Shown: positions 38,886-49,694, counted from the first letter of the stretch. The stretch is DNA of 64,000 nucleotides from Sulfolobales archaeon (GCA_038867615.1 JAWBYA010000005.1:64001-128000), one strand, 5' to 3'. Notes: generated by a model not told the origin, from the sequence alone. Numbers and translations: made by a program.

Positions 38886-39998
38886 TTGGTGGGGTCTTTG
38901 ATCAGGGTCGCGATTGTTGGTGTTGGTAATATAGCCTCGATGCTAGTCCAGTCTGTGTATATGTATAAGGCTAGAGGCTCTGTAGAGGGTGTGATGACCG
39001 AGAATATAGGGGGGTATAGGGTTGGGGATATAGATTTTGTAGCAGCCTTCGATATATCCCGTAGAAAGGTTGGTAAGGATCTCGGTGAAGCTATATACGA
39101 GCCCCCCAACAGCGTCCCAAGGATCTTCGATGTTAGGAGAACAGGTGTCACAGTATCGCCAGGCCCTGTTCTAGACGGTGTGGCTCCCCATATGAGGAGT
39201 GTTTTTGAACCTATAGAGACTAACACCGGGCTTGGGGATATCGTTGACATCCTTAGATCTTCCAAAGCCGAGGTTGTGGTAAACCTACTCCCCGTAGGAA
39301 GCGAGGAAGCCTCTAGACTCTACGCAAGAGCCTCCCTCGAGGCTGGTGCTGCCTTTATAAACGCGATCCCTGTTTTCATAGCAAGCGATCCAAGCAATAC
39401 TTGGCAGAAGCTATACAGAGAGGCCAGGATCCCCCTACTTGGCGACGATATAAAGGGGCAGGTTGGTGCTACTATTCTCCACAGAACCCTTATAAAGCTC
39501 CTCCACATGAGAGGGGTTCTCATAGACGAGACATACCAGTTAAACGTTGGGGGTAATACTGATTTCCTCAACATGGTTGATGAAGAGAGACTATATTCCA
39601 AAAGGATCAGCAAGACAAGGGCTGTGACAAGCATACTCCCCTACGGCGATAAGCTTGAGAACGAGGGGAGGGTGAGGATAGGCCCGAGCGACTATATACC
39701 CTTCCTCAACAACACGAAGATAGCATATATATACATAAAAGGAAGATCCTTCGGAGGCCTTCCAGTAACGCTTGAGGCTAAGCTAAGCGTGGATGACAAG
39801 TCAATGGCAGCTGCAGTTCTGCTAGACGCGATAAGGGTCGCCAAACTAGCCCTCGACAGAGGACACGGCGGCCCTATAAGAGGCCCTAGTGCGTATCTAT
39901 TTAAACACCCACCGATCCAGGCACCAGACGATGAGACCGCGTATAGATGGTTCCTAGAATATGTTGAGAAAGGTATCGATATAAACGATGCTAGATAG
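38886..39998 (+). CDS. ino1: myo-inositol-1-phosphate synthase
   Basis: [55 protein letters not shown]. Confidence 0.95.
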   Translation: MVGSLIRVAIVGVGNIASMLVQSVYMYKARGSVEGVMTENIGGYRVGDIDFVAAFDISRRKVGKDLGEAIYEPPNSVPRIFDVRRTGVTVSPGPVLDGVAPHMRSVFEPIETNTGLGDIVDILRSSKAEVVVNLLPVGSEEASRLYARASLEAGAAFINAIPVFIASDPSNTWQKLYREARIPLLGDDIKGQVGATILHRTLIKLLHMRGVLIDETYQLNVGGNTDFLNMVDEERLYSKRISKTRAVTSILPYGDKLENEGRVRIGPSDYIPFLNNTKIAYIYIKGRSFGGLPVTLEAKLSVDDKSMAAAVLLDAIRVAKLALDRGHGGPIRGPSAYLFKHPPIQAPDDETAYRWFLEYVEKGIDINDAR

Positions 39999-40096
39999 CA
40001 TCACAACAAGATCTTAAATACACCGGGTAAACGGTATCGAAACCCTGTACCAGGATATCCAAAGCTTTTCTAACCCTGTGCGGAGTTATTATTTGG

Positions 40097-40151
40097 ATGA
40101 TGAGGCGGGCAGCATAGGATCGATTGGTGAATGCCCCTTAGTTCACTCTGA
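40097..40151 (+). ncRNA. Candidate C/D box sRNA (2'-O-methylation guide)
   Basis: C box ATGATGA (40097), D box CTGA (40148), internal D'/C'-like AGGA and TGGTGA, two guide-length spacers; 55 nt; lies between convergent genes. Confidence 0.7.
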
Positions 40152-40793
40152 CGCCCTGTCTATTATATAACCCTTGATCTCCCTCGCAGTTCCCTGTCTC
40201 CTCCGCGTTTCCCTAGCCTTTTTCTTTGATACGAAGTACTTTATAGCCTCACCAAGATCCCCGAAGATCTTCTCCCTACACTTCCTATTCCGAGGACAGC
40301 TAGGGTTAGGTATAACATAGACCTCAACCTGTCTACCCCGCCTATATATGGTTTCACGCCTCACCATGGATATGAATTCCCTATACACCTCTATAGCTTC
40401 TCTAGCCCTAGCCATATAGATCTTCGGGCACTGACCCACTCCCCTGGCTATATGCCTAGCCATATAACTTCTAGCCCTGAACCTTCTACCACAGTATGGG
40501 CATTTCTTCTCAAGCACGCTCGAGACCTCTGGGTATAGCTCTATGAGCGTAAGCCTCAGCCACCTATACTTATCGCTCTTATCTAGAAGAATATCAGCTG
40601 TGCTCACTCCCTCTACATTGAGCTCTAGCTGCGGCTCTCCGTCTTTCTTCATGCCTAGGTATTCGTATATTATCTCCTTAATGATAAAGGATCTACTAAC
40701 CCCCCTCTCCCTAGCCATCTCATCGAGAGCGTCTATCACCTCTACATCCAGCGTAACAGATATGCTTACCTCAGAGGACTTCTCCCGAGCCAA
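40143..40793 (-). CDS. Ribbon-helix-helix (CopG-like) plus C2H2-type zinc-finger protein
   Basis: ISVTLD...LDEMARERGVSRSFIIKEII; CPYCGRRF...MARH. Confidence 0.75.
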   Translation of the reverse strand: MAREKSSEVSISVTLDVEVIDALDEMARERGVSRSFIIKEIIYEYLGMKKDGEPQLELNVEGVSTADILLDKSDKYRWLRLTLIELYPEVSSVLEKKCPYCGRRFRARSYMARHIARGVGQCPKIYMARAREAIEVYREFISMVRRETIYRRGRQVEVYVIPNPSCPRNRKCREKIFGDLGEAIKYFVSKKKARETRRRQGTAREIKGYIIDRASE

Positions 40794-40797
40794 GGTC

Positions 40798-40938
40798 TCA
40801 CCTCAGCTTCTTTCTAACATACCCCTCAATGATCGATCTTATAAGCTCGCTCCTAGAAAGACCCCTCTCCCTAGCAATCCTATCTAGAAGTTCTAAGACA
40901 TCCCTGCTTAAGCTAAAATTCACAATCCTCTGGGGCAT
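40798..40938 (-). CDS. Small CopG/RHH DNA-binding protein
   Basis: MPQRIVNFSLSRDVLELLDRIARERGLSRSELIRSIIEGYVRKKLR; start trimmed to ATG 40938. Confidence 0.8.
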   Translation of the reverse strand: MPQRIVNFSLSRDVLELLDRIARERGLSRSELIRSIIEGYVRKKLR

Positions 40939-41013
40939 AAGAACCACTAATAAACAAGACACAGGCAACCTAATATGTAATGACAAATCACACCAAGCTT
41001 GTTCGAAGCTCCT

Positions 41014-41775
41014 CTAGAGGGCTTTTATTGTAGCCCTTAGGGAGCCCCCTCTATTGGAAAAGATCTCCTCTATACCCTTTAACCCCCTCTCACCCAGGCT
41101 CTCTAAAACCTCATCATATCTATTTATAATCCTCATTAGATGTTCAAAATCCCCCTCTGTTGGGAGTGATTCGAGTGATAATGTGAACATACAACCCATA
41201 CTCACTATCCCGCAGACCACGCCCCCGCTGCTTAGAAGCTCTAAACAGCTCTCTAGATCCGGTCTCGAGGGGATGCAGTTCTCGGGCGGGTGGGTGTGGG
41301 CTATTGCTATGGCTTCGTCTATCCATGGAACCCTCACCTTATGCTTCTCACCCTCGAGTATAACCCATTTAGAGCTGTAGAGGAGGATCGACATATACTC
41401 AACACCCCCTCTATAGGCTGTCTCCAGAGCGAATGGTTTCATTAGATCCCTTATATCCTGCTCAATGGTTTCTGAGAGCACTCTATATAGATCCCTGAGC
41501 CCTACGCCATAGCCAGAGGATCCCCTAGAGATCCTCACCCTCCTCCCAATGGAATCCTCGATGCTCCTCACAACCTCTTTGAAGATATGCTCGGGCTCCT
41601 CACACATAGAAACCCTTATCTCAAGCACATCCCTATAAACATCCCCAATGCTGGTTAAACGCGGGTCGAGACATCCGAGCTCCTCAACCACATACTCCAT
41701 AGCCTCGATAGCCTTGTAGATAGATATAGCCCTAGCACCCCTCTCAGTAGATCTCTCTATAACAAGCCTACCCAT
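41014..41775 (-). CDS. Protein with C-terminal JAB/MPN (JAMM) metalloprotease-like motif
   Basis: E...IAHTHPPENCIPSRPDL (HxH...SxxD). Confidence 0.65.
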   Translation of the reverse strand: MGRLVIERSTERGARAISIYKAIEAMEYVVEELGCLDPRLTSIGDVYRDVLEIRVSMCEEPEHIFKEVVRSIEDSIGRRVRISRGSSGYGVGLRDLYRVLSETIEQDIRDLMKPFALETAYRGGVEYMSILLYSSKWVILEGEKHKVRVPWIDEAIAIAHTHPPENCIPSRPDLESCLELLSSGGVVCGIVSMGCMFTLSLESLPTEGDFEHLMRIINRYDEVLESLGERGLKGIEEIFSNRGGSLRATIKAL

Positions 41776-41865
41776 AGATACTGAATACCAAAGGATATAG
41801 GGATACTCAGCCTTTAAACAACACTATCTAAAACACACTACAAACATATCCAGGCTAAGCGATCC

Positions 41866-42474
41866 TTAGCTTTGATCCCCAGCCATAGCCGTCCCCCTGA
41901 TTATAAGCCACGGTTTAAGACACGCCTCTCTCCACCACTTTCTAGCCTTCTTCCCATCAGCACTACATACCTCTTCCAGGCTGGCTCCTCCAGAGTCTCT
42001 CTTTATAGCCACAAGATCATCCTCATAACCACATGTCTCCATCCTCAGAGTCTCCACCGCCCTATAACCACAGACCTTCGAGACCTCTCCCCATGAATAA
42101 ACACTATACCCCATAGACTGGAACAGAGCGATCGAAGGATCGTTATCGCCAGATATAGTTGCAACAAAATAATCCACACCACGCATCGATAAAACCTCCT
42201 CAGCCGATGCCAAGAGCACCCTCCCATAACCCCGACCCCTATATCTCGGGAGGATCGCTATATAGTAGATAACACCCAGAACCCTTGATCCCAGATCTAA
42301 TCTATATACCACCGACTGCCCCACAAGCTCTCCAGATCTATATAGATCTATCGTAACACCTCCAAGCCTCTTAACAGCCCTCGCAAAATAGCTATGCCAC
42401 CTACCCATAGAGATCTCTATCACAGGCAAAGTAGAAAAATCATCCTGAATAAAGGCTACGAGATCCTCTTCCAT
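41866..42474 (-). CDS. GNAT family N-acetyltransferase
   Basis: YIAILPRYRGRGYGRVLL, N..SIALFQSMGY. Confidence 0.88.
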   Translation of the reverse strand: MEEDLVAFIQDDFSTLPVIEISMGRWHSYFARAVKRLGGVTIDLYRSGELVGQSVVYRLDLGSRVLGVIYYIAILPRYRGRGYGRVLLASAEEVLSMRGVDYFVATISGDNDPSIALFQSMGYSVYSWGEVSKVCGYRAVETLRMETCGYEDDLVAIKRDSGGASLEEVCSADGKKARKWWREACLKPWLIIRGTAMAGDQS

Positions 42475-42931
42475 ACTTACACCAGATCACGGACTCTCAG
42501 TATAAACACCGTGTAGAGGTATATAAGCACTACTGCTCCTGAACACTCCTGATCCGCAATTAAATGACTATAGGCACAACCGATCCGCCCGCTATGGTGA
42601 GGCTGGACAGCATAGACATTCTATCCGCAGGAGTAAACACTAGCATAGTGCAAATCCACATAGTGGTAAGGCTAAGCATATTTCCACCAAGCTATCTAGT
42701 GTATATAGCGCTTACTTAGGGATCTATGTCTTATATTTACAAACAATACCCGAATACTAATATGGCTCATATATTGGCATAAGTGATCATATATATGAGC
42801 CATAAACAGGATCTAGGTATGGTCTAATACTACTTAATAGAATAAAGAGCATACCAAACCTAGGGGCAGGGCCTGCTGTTCATTTGAAAATATAGGATCA
42901 TTTAGGTATATAGTTTTAGGTATGTGTCGAA

Positions 42932-43348
42932 CTATCCCAAGATCCTCCGTTTTAGCTGGGTATGTAGTAGGTAGCCTATAAGCGTGAAGAGTATGATTTG
43001 TGCAATCAATAATAATATAGCAGCGATCCCTAGCATCACTGCTTCCCGTAGTAGGAGGACTGTGATGAGGATAATACCGCCGGCAAGACTCGCATAGAGT
43101 AAAATACTACCAGCATACACCTCACCTGGTGAGGAGGGAGGTCGTTTCCACTCTCCCGAGGCTATTAAGTATGCTGATGCTATTACGAGTATAACGCCCG
43201 CCATAGTACCCCAGACCCATGGTTCACTGCTCTGAACCCACATAATAACTCCTGGAACCAGAAGGCTTAATCCAGCCAATAATATAATAATATAGGCTAC
43301 TATGCGAAACAGCATCACAACCCATAAATACCTCTCCCAGAATCCCAC
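42932..43348 (-). CDS. Hypothetical 4-TM membrane protein
   Basis: Four hydrophobic segments. Confidence 0.6.
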   Translation of the reverse strand: MGFWERYLWVVMLFRIVAYIIILLAGLSLLVPGVIMWVQSSEPWVWGTMAGVILVIASAYLIASGEWKRPPSSPGEVYAGSILLYASLAGGIILITVLLLREAVMLGIAAILLLIAQIILFTLIGYLLHTQLKRRILG

Positions 43349-43573
43349 GCTCTAGTTCCCTGGAATATAAACATAGGTTAAGGCATATATCTGCGTAAAC
43401 ATTATTCCCACAACTAACTCTACATGAACAAACCTAACCATAAGGGCGAATAATAGCATAACCATAAGACTGGTATATAGCTATCTTCTTGTAGAATTTT
43501 TGATATATTCACCATGTGCTTATAAAAAATAAATTCTTGCCCTATTGTCATCAGCATAAGTTTAATGGGAGTT

Positions 43574-44236
43574 CTAACCTCCATATATGGAGTCCCAGAA
43601 CATACCCTCGTACTTCTGGATCAGTGTTGCTGCTACAACCATTGAGGCCTTCTCGGCTGGGTAGTATTTTGATGCAATGGCCAAGGATCTCTCTATAAAC
43701 TGATCATATGGCGGACTGAAGATCTTGAAGAACCCTAGGTTCTTATACCCGTATTTCTTCTCCAAAGCATTTCCTAAGGTTGATGAAGCCTGGCCCCATG
43801 TTGGGAAGTTCACTGCGAATGCGAATGCAATAACCCCGGGGCTTGCGTATTGGGATAGCCATGAGATATAGTGGGTATATGCAACAGCCATGGGTCTTAC
43901 AGAGGCTTCAGAGGGTTTGACGGGCTCTATGCCCAGCTCTATGAGGAAGCTTTTCAGCTCTTGGAGGGCTTTGTAATCCACATCGACAGCTGCTTTGAAA
44001 TAATCTATCTCATCCATATCCCTTGCTCTTGAGAGCATTACTGCAAGGGATCTTAGGTCGTGGTTCACGATATACCATTGGTTTATAGCGAACCTCTTGA
44101 TCGCGTCGACGCTTAGCCTCCCATCAAGGGCTTCAGAGATCATTGGGTGTTTGGTAACCCTCTCCTCAAGATCTTTCAGAGATCTTCTTAGATCCTCGTA
44201 GAAACTCCTAATATCACCAACACCCACGAGGATCAC
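43574..44236 (-). CDS. tenA: TenA/THI-4 family protein
   Basis: HP...G, QWYIVNHDLRSL, AVAYTHY, YEGMFWD. Confidence 0.85.
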   Translation of the reverse strand: MILVGVGDIRSFYEDLRRSLKDLEERVTKHPMISEALDGRLSVDAIKRFAINQWYIVNHDLRSLAVMLSRARDMDEIDYFKAAVDVDYKALQELKSFLIELGIEPVKPSEASVRPMAVAYTHYISWLSQYASPGVIAFAFAVNFPTWGQASSTLGNALEKKYGYKNLGFFKIFSPPYDQFIERSLAIASKYYPAEKASMVVAATLIQKYEGMFWDSIYGG

Positions 44237-44310
44237 CAGTGGTGTTGCTAATAATCAGGTTAATAAGCGTCTATAGACGTTCTATAGCTGTTATAGGTGA
44301 TCAGAAGGTT

Positions 44311-44697
44311 CTAGGGCTCTCCACCCAGCGATACGGATCTGAACTCGCCGAGCTTTACAGATCTGAAGAAACAAGACCTATTACCCGTATGGCATGCCGG
44401 CCCCGAGGGTCTTGCTAGATATATTATTGAGTCACCATCACAGTCGACAAGGATCTCCTCAACCCTTATTACATTCCCCGAGGTCTCGCCCTTCATCCAA
44501 AGCCTCCCCCTAGATCTGCTCCAGAAGTACGCGTAGCCAGTCTCTATGGTCTTCTCAACAGCTTCTCTATTAGCATAGGCTAGCATTAACACCTCCCTAC
44601 TCTCTATATCTTGAACAACCACTGGTAACAAGCCTCCCCCTTTATCGAAGTCAAGCATGCTCAGTATCTTTTCCTTCAGCCTCTCATCACGTGTCAA
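44311..44697 (-). CDS. hisI: Phosphoribosyl-AMP cyclohydrolase
   Basis: WSRSR..LWMKGETSGN, DCDGD, ACHTGNRSCF. Confidence 0.95.
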   Translation of the reverse strand: MTRDERLKEKILSMLDFDKGGGLLPVVVQDIESREVLMLAYANREAVEKTIETGYAYFWSRSRGRLWMKGETSGNVIRVEEILVDCDGDSIIYLARPSGPACHTGNRSCFFRSVKLGEFRSVSLGGEP

Positions 44698-45449
44698 GGG
44701 ATCCTTACCCTCACTCCGAGTCTTGAGAGGATCTCCTTAACCTCGTATACCTTGTATATCTCATAGTGAAATATAGATGCTGCTAGAACAGCTGAGGCCC
44801 CCGCACCCACAGCCCTAGCCATATCCTCTGGAGAGCCCGCGCCCCCGCTCGCGATTATAGGTATATTGACAGCCCTTGAGATTAGTGAGATGAGCTCCAA
44901 ATCATACCCAGATCTATTACCATCAGCATCTATAGATGTTAGCAAAACCTCGCCAGCACCAAGCTCGACGGCCCTCGAAGCCCAGGTTGCTGGGTCTAGC
45001 GGTGTCTCCACCCTACCCCCGCTTATAAATACCCTGTAACCATCTCTAGATCTTTTAGCATCTATAGCTATAACCGTCGATTGGGATCCATAGATCCTCG
45101 AGATCTCTGTTATAAGCTTTGGATTCCTAACAGCATGTGTGTTAACGCTAACCTTATCAGCACCAGCCCTGAATAGCTTCTCAGCATCCTCAAGGCTTCT
45201 AACACCTCCCCCAGCCAATATAGGGATCGAGATCTCCTTCGCGATCCTCCTGAGAACATCTATAGAGAACTCCCTATCCTCGGGAGAGGCGCTTATATCG
45301 AGAACAGCTATCTCATCAGCACCCTCAGCCTCATACCTCCTAGCAAGCTCGACAGGATCTCCTACTCTCTGCAGCTCTCTGAAACTCTTACCCTTAACAA
45401 CAACCCCTCTATCCATATCGAGGCATGGGATAACCCTTATATAGACCAT
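44694..45449 (-). CDS. hisF: Imidazole glycerol phosphate synthase, cyclase subunit
   Basis: RVIPCLD..GVVVKG, GADE, GADKVSVN, LTSIDADG, IASGGAG, LAASIFH. Confidence 0.95.
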   Translation of the reverse strand: MVYIRVIPCLDMDRGVVVKGKSFRELQRVGDPVELARRYEAEGADEIAVLDISASPEDREFSIDVLRRIAKEISIPILAGGGVRSLEDAEKLFRAGADKVSVNTHAVRNPKLITEISRIYGSQSTVIAIDAKRSRDGYRVFISGGRVETPLDPATWASRAVELGAGEVLLTSIDADGNRSGYDLELISLISRAVNIPIIASGGAGSPEDMARAVGAGASAVLAASIFHYEIYKVYEVKEILSRLGVRVRIP

Positions 45450-45453
45450 GGTC

Positions 45454-46173
45454 TCACCTCTCGAGAGACACAAGATCCTTTGGATCTATAAGCCCCTCGT
45501 AAAAAGCCTTCCCAACAACAACGCCTCTGAAACCCTCCCTAGCAAGGATCTCCAGATCACCTATGCCCTGAACACCGCCTGAGTATACCACAGACCCTCT
45601 ATACCTAGGAGGTATCGATGATACGAAAACAGAGTCTAGACCACTAAGGCTACCATCCCTCTCCGTATTGGTTATGAGGAAGAGTTTATAACCTATGGAG
45701 GAGAACCTCTCGAGGATCTCGTTTAGAGTAAAGCCGGAAGAGATCCTCCAACCGCTGTGAACAACAAGCCCTCCCCTAGCATCAGCTGCCAGAACAACCC
45801 TATCAGCACCCCTCTCAAGGGCTTCAAAAGGATCTATCATCCCCCTATATATAGCGGTCCCCACAACAACCCTATCAGCCCCAGCATCTATCGCTGCATC
45901 TAGATCCCCGATCCCCCTTATACCCCCGCCCACGGTTACAAACCCACCAGCATCTTTAAGAGCCCTTACTAGTGAGAGGACATATTTCCCAATAACCCTC
46001 CCCTCTATAGCGGCTTCCAAATCAACCACATGGATCCTCCTAACACCTCTATCAAGGATCTCGAGACCCTTAGCCAGAGGATCCCTCGAATACACCTTAA
46101 CACTACCTGGATCTCCTCTAAGCATTCTCACAACAGAGCCTCTATAGATATCGAGGGAGACATGGATCTCCAT
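45454..46173 (-). CDS. hisA: ProFAR isomerase
   Basis: HVVDLEAA, VGGGIR, TNTERDGSLSG, SGGV. Confidence 0.92.
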   Translation of the reverse strand: MEIHVSLDIYRGSVVRMLRGDPGSVKVYSRDPLAKGLEILDRGVRRIHVVDLEAAIEGRVIGKYVLSLVRALKDAGGFVTVGGGIRGIGDLDAAIDAGADRVVVGTAIYRGMIDPFEALERGADRVVLAADARGGLVVHSGWRISSGFTLNEILERFSSIGYKLFLITNTERDGSLSGLDSVFVSSIPPRYRGSVVYSGGVQGIGDLEILAREGFRGVVVGKAFYEGLIDPKDLVSLER

Positions 46174-46174
46174 A

Positions 46175-46780
46175 TCATCCCCTCATATAGCTTAGAAGCG
46201 CTTCAGCAAACACCCTCCCAGAAACACCTGATCTCTCAGGGTGGAACTGGGTAGCAACTATATTGCCTTTAACAACTAGAGACGGGATCTCGAGTGAGCC
46301 GTAGTATGAGACCCCAACAACACTATCGGTAGATTTAGCATAGTATGAATGAGCATAGTAGAAGTCAAGACCCTCGAGCCGTGTCCATGGCTCTAGGGGG
46401 TTCTTGATCCTGAGCGGGGCCCAACCGATCCTAGGGATCCTTAGCCCTGTCTCGCTAGGGATCCTCACAACCCTGCCTTGAAGCACTCCCAACCCTTTTC
46501 CAGACCCTTCATCGCTCTCCTCGAAGAGGATCTGCATTCCTAGACATACCCCTAATACATAGCCTCCCCTAGCGGTAAGACTCTCTATAGCTTCCCTCAA
46601 ACCCTCGATCCTTCTGATCAGTGCTGAGAAGTTCCCAACGCCTGGGAGGATCAATAGATCCGCTGTCGCCATATCCATAGGGTTGCTTGCAATCAGGGGT
46701 TTTGCTCCAAAATTCCTCTCCACATAGTTGGCTAGGTTACCAAGATTCCCTATACCGTTATCCGCTATAGCGATCCTCAT
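46175..46780 (-). CDS. hisH: Imidazole glycerol phosphate synthase, glutaminase subunit
   Basis: LPGVGNF, GVCLGMQ, YYAHSY, QFHPERSG. Confidence 0.95.
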   Translation of the reverse strand: MRIAIADNGIGNLGNLANYVERNFGAKPLIASNPMDMATADLLILPGVGNFSALIRRIEGLREAIESLTARGGYVLGVCLGMQILFEESDEGSGKGLGVLQGRVVRIPSETGLRIPRIGWAPLRIKNPLEPWTRLEGLDFYYAHSYYAKSTDSVVGVSYYGSLEIPSLVVKGNIVATQFHPERSGVSGRVFAEALLSYMRG

Positions 46781-47346
46781 TACGCAACACCCTTAGAGCT
46801 GATAACCCCTCCTCCTGTTAGTTCTGATGCTTGTTTGAGAGATACCCCCAGGGCTTTGAAACAGGCTTCAGCGATATGGTGAGGATCCTCCCCATAGATC
46901 TTGAGGGCGTGGAGAGTGAAAACTCCCGAGGAGCTCATGCTCCTGAGGAAATGCTCTATGTTGCGTCCATCAACATCCTCAATCCTGGATCCGCTTAGGT
47001 CTAGGCTTATCCTGCTATAGGTTCTCCTAACAAGATCTATTGCCACAGCTACTAGAGCATCATCCATAGGGATCAATGCATACCCAAACCTCCTTATCCC
47101 AACCCTGTCGCCCAGAGCCTTTGAGATAGCATCCCCGAGGGTTATCCCCACATCCTCTATAACGTGGTGCTCAAGATCCCCTGTAGCCTCCACCCTAACC
47201 CCTATTCCTCCATGGTGGGCCATGGTTTCTAGCATGTGGGTGAGAAACCTATATGGGGTTTTCACGCTATAGCCAGGGGTATCTAGATCAACCTCGACAG
47301 AGATCCTGACTTCCCTTGTCTCTCTATAGGATCTTCCGACCCTCAT
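46780..47346 (-). CDS. hisB: Imidazoleglycerol-phosphate dehydratase
   Basis: RETRE, FLTHML, HHVIEDVGI, PMDDAL, HHIAEACFKALG, SSKG. Confidence 0.95.
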   Translation of the reverse strand: MRVGRSYRETREVRISVEVDLDTPGYSVKTPYRFLTHMLETMAHHGGIGVRVEATGDLEHHVIEDVGITLGDAISKALGDRVGIRRFGYALIPMDDALVAVAIDLVRRTYSRISLDLSGSRIEDVDGRNIEHFLRSMSSSGVFTLHALKIYGEDPHHIAEACFKALGVSLKQASELTGGGVISSKGVA

Positions 47347-48407
47347 GGTCCTATATCCTCTAGGGTTTTGATCAACAGATCTATTACCTCCTCCCTCGGG
47401 ACAGAGATCCTCATATACTGATCCCCCTCTCTGAAGAGCCCCCTATATAGCCTTACACACATACCTCTTGATCTAAGCATCTTGTCTATCAGATCCATAT
47501 CTAGGCTTGGCCTCACAAACACGAAATTCGTCTGGGTATCGTAGGGTTTTAGATAATCAATACCCCTGAGCCTAGAGACAAGAACCTTTCTAAGCCTCTT
47601 AATCTCCTCAACATATCTAAGAATCTCCTCCCTAGCCCTGAGAGCCTCTATCCCAACGAGTATGGAGAACTTGTTTATCTGGAATGGGAGCTTGATAACC
47701 CTTATAGCTCTAGACACATCGTTCCCAGCAACTATATAGCCGAGTCTGAGGCCTGCGAGGCCATATGCTTTAGAGAATGTTCTAACCACGGCTAGGTTTT
47801 CATAGCTATTAATAAGATCCTCCTGCCTATCGTCTGAGAACTCTATATAGGCTTGATCAACGACAACCAAACCCTTAGTGCTCTCAGCAACAGCCCTTAT
47901 CAACCTCTTATCAACCAGATTACCCGTTGGATTGTTGGGGCTGCAGAGAAACACTAGATCTGATTTCGAAGCCTTATCAACAACAACATCTATATCAAGC
48001 CCGAAATCCCCTTCCCTCAGCGGTATATAGTCCACTCTATACCCCCTAACAAGGGACCTCAAGGCATACATGGGGAAGCTTGGTTTGAGTGTAAGCACCC
48101 TGGGCTCTTTAACCAGAACACCTGCTAGCATTAGTAGTAGATCTATCGCTTCGTCAGCCCCGTTGGTTATGTTCACCATATCCCTCTCAACAGATAGCAT
48201 CTCGGCCAGCATCTCTGCTAACTCCGCCTCTTCGCCCTGTGGATAGAGCCTCGGATCGGTTTTAGAGACAGCCCTAGCTATTATCTCACCAATAAGCTCT
48301 CTGGGTATTAAGAGATTCTCATTCTTATCCAGGGGGTATGCACAGCCATTGCTAGCCTCGTAGACCGGGATATTGCTTCTCACAAAGGATCTGAGCCTTT
48401 CCATCAA
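47343..48407 (-). CDS. hisC: Histidinol-phosphate aminotransferase
   Basis: LDKNEN, NGADE, SPNNPTG, DQAYIEF, RTFSKAYGLAGLRLGY. Confidence 0.93.
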   Translation of the reverse strand: MMERLRSFVRSNIPVYEASNGCAYPLDKNENLLIPRELIGEIIARAVSKTDPRLYPQGEEAELAEMLAEMLSVERDMVNITNGADEAIDLLLMLAGVLVKEPRVLTLKPSFPMYALRSLVRGYRVDYIPLREGDFGLDIDVVVDKASKSDLVFLCSPNNPTGNLVDKRLIRAVAESTKGLVVVDQAYIEFSDDRQEDLINSYENLAVVRTFSKAYGLAGLRLGYIVAGNDVSRAIRVIKLPFQINKFSILVGIEALRAREEILRYVEEIKRLRKVLVSRLRGIDYLKPYDTQTNFVFVRPSLDMDLIDKMLRSRGMCVRLYRGLFREGDQYMRISVPREEVIDLLIKTLEDIGP

Positions 48408-48413
48408 CTCCTT

Positions 48414-49694
48414 TCACCTAGAAATAGATCTAAGGTGGATCTCGAACCCCTCCGAGAGAGCTATAGGGCTTATAGCCATTGCTATCTCCCTAAGATCTCC
48501 TAGAGATCCGTGGAACCTAACAGCCCTCCTAAGAGCAACAAAGTCCAGAACAGAGAGCCCGCCCCTCCACCTAGCCCACGACATGGTGGGGAGAATATGG
48601 TTAGCTCCCGAGTAATAGTCATTCACAGCCGTTGATACACACCCGCTTAGCAACACACCGTAGTTCTTGATCATCCCCACGAGACCCTCATCCCCGCTAC
48701 AGATCTCCACATGCTCAGGGGCTATTAGGTCTATGAAGCGGGCTGCCAGCACAGGGTTATCAGCAACAACCATGCTTAAGAGCCTCGAGACTCTCTCGAA
48801 AACCATGGATCCTGTTTCTCGGGAGAGTCTCTCAATAGATCTCGAGAGATTCTCCGCGATAGAGTCGCTTGTTGTGACAGCTATTAGGAGAACCGAATCC
48901 CCATGCTCGGCCTGTGCAGCTAGATGCCAGGCTATATCATCCTCAGAGCCTTTCCTATCAACATATACTAGAAGCTCTGTCGGGCCTGCGAGCATATCGA
49001 TCCCCACGTCTTTTGAAACAACATGCTTAGCCATCGTCACATAGATACCCCCTGGACCTGCTATCTTATCAACCCTCTCGATACTCTCGGTACCATATGC
49101 TAGCGCAGCTACACCATAGGGCCCGCCAACTCTATATACACCGTCAAAGCCAGCGATCGCTAGGGCAGCCATCATAGTATTGTTGAGGGCTTTTGGTGGG
49201 AGGAATGCTACGAGCCTCTCAACACCGGCTTCTCTAGCAACAGTTCCACACATAATAGCTGTGGATATATATGGCACCACGCCTCCCGGGACATAGCATG
49301 CCGCCCTACTCACTGGTTTAAAGAAGATCTCTATGGATATACCGTTGCCGGCGTCAACTAACCACCGCTCCTTGAGAATGCTTACTAGGGGTTGCTCGGC
49401 GATCCTTATCCTCTTTGAGAGCTCTCTGAGAGAGCTTACCACACTTCTATCGACCTTCCCAACGCTTGCCTCTAGATCCTTTCTATCGATATATAGATCT
49501 TTTCTCGATAGCCTCACACCATCGAGCTTCTCAGCATATTCTATAACAGCCTCATCGCCCCTCTGCCTAACATCACTAACTATCCTCCTCACCCTCTCCT
49601 CAACATCCTCTACATCGATTCTCGACCTAATAACCCTGGCTATCCTCTCAACATCAGCCTCACTAGCTATCCTTAACACCCTCAAAACCCCCAC
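48414..49694 (-). CDS. hisD: Histidinol dehydrogenase
   Basis: YVPGG, VDKIAGPG, IDMLAGPTE, QAEH, APEH, DYYSGANHILPT. Confidence 0.95.
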   Translation of the reverse strand: MGVLRVLRIASEADVERIARVIRSRIDVEDVEERVRRIVSDVRQRGDEAVIEYAEKLDGVRLSRKDLYIDRKDLEASVGKVDRSVVSSLRELSKRIRIAEQPLVSILKERWLVDAGNGISIEIFFKPVSRAACYVPGGVVPYISTAIMCGTVAREAGVERLVAFLPPKALNNTMMAALAIAGFDGVYRVGGPYGVAALAYGTESIERVDKIAGPGGIYVTMAKHVVSKDVGIDMLAGPTELLVYVDRKGSEDDIAWHLAAQAEHGDSVLLIAVTTSDSIAENLSRSIERLSRETGSMVFERVSRLLSMVVADNPVLAARFIDLIAPEHVEICSGDEGLVGMIKNYGVLLSGCVSTAVNDYYSGANHILPTMSWARWRGGLSVLDFVALRRAVRFHGSLGDLREIAMAISPIALSEGFEIHLRSISR

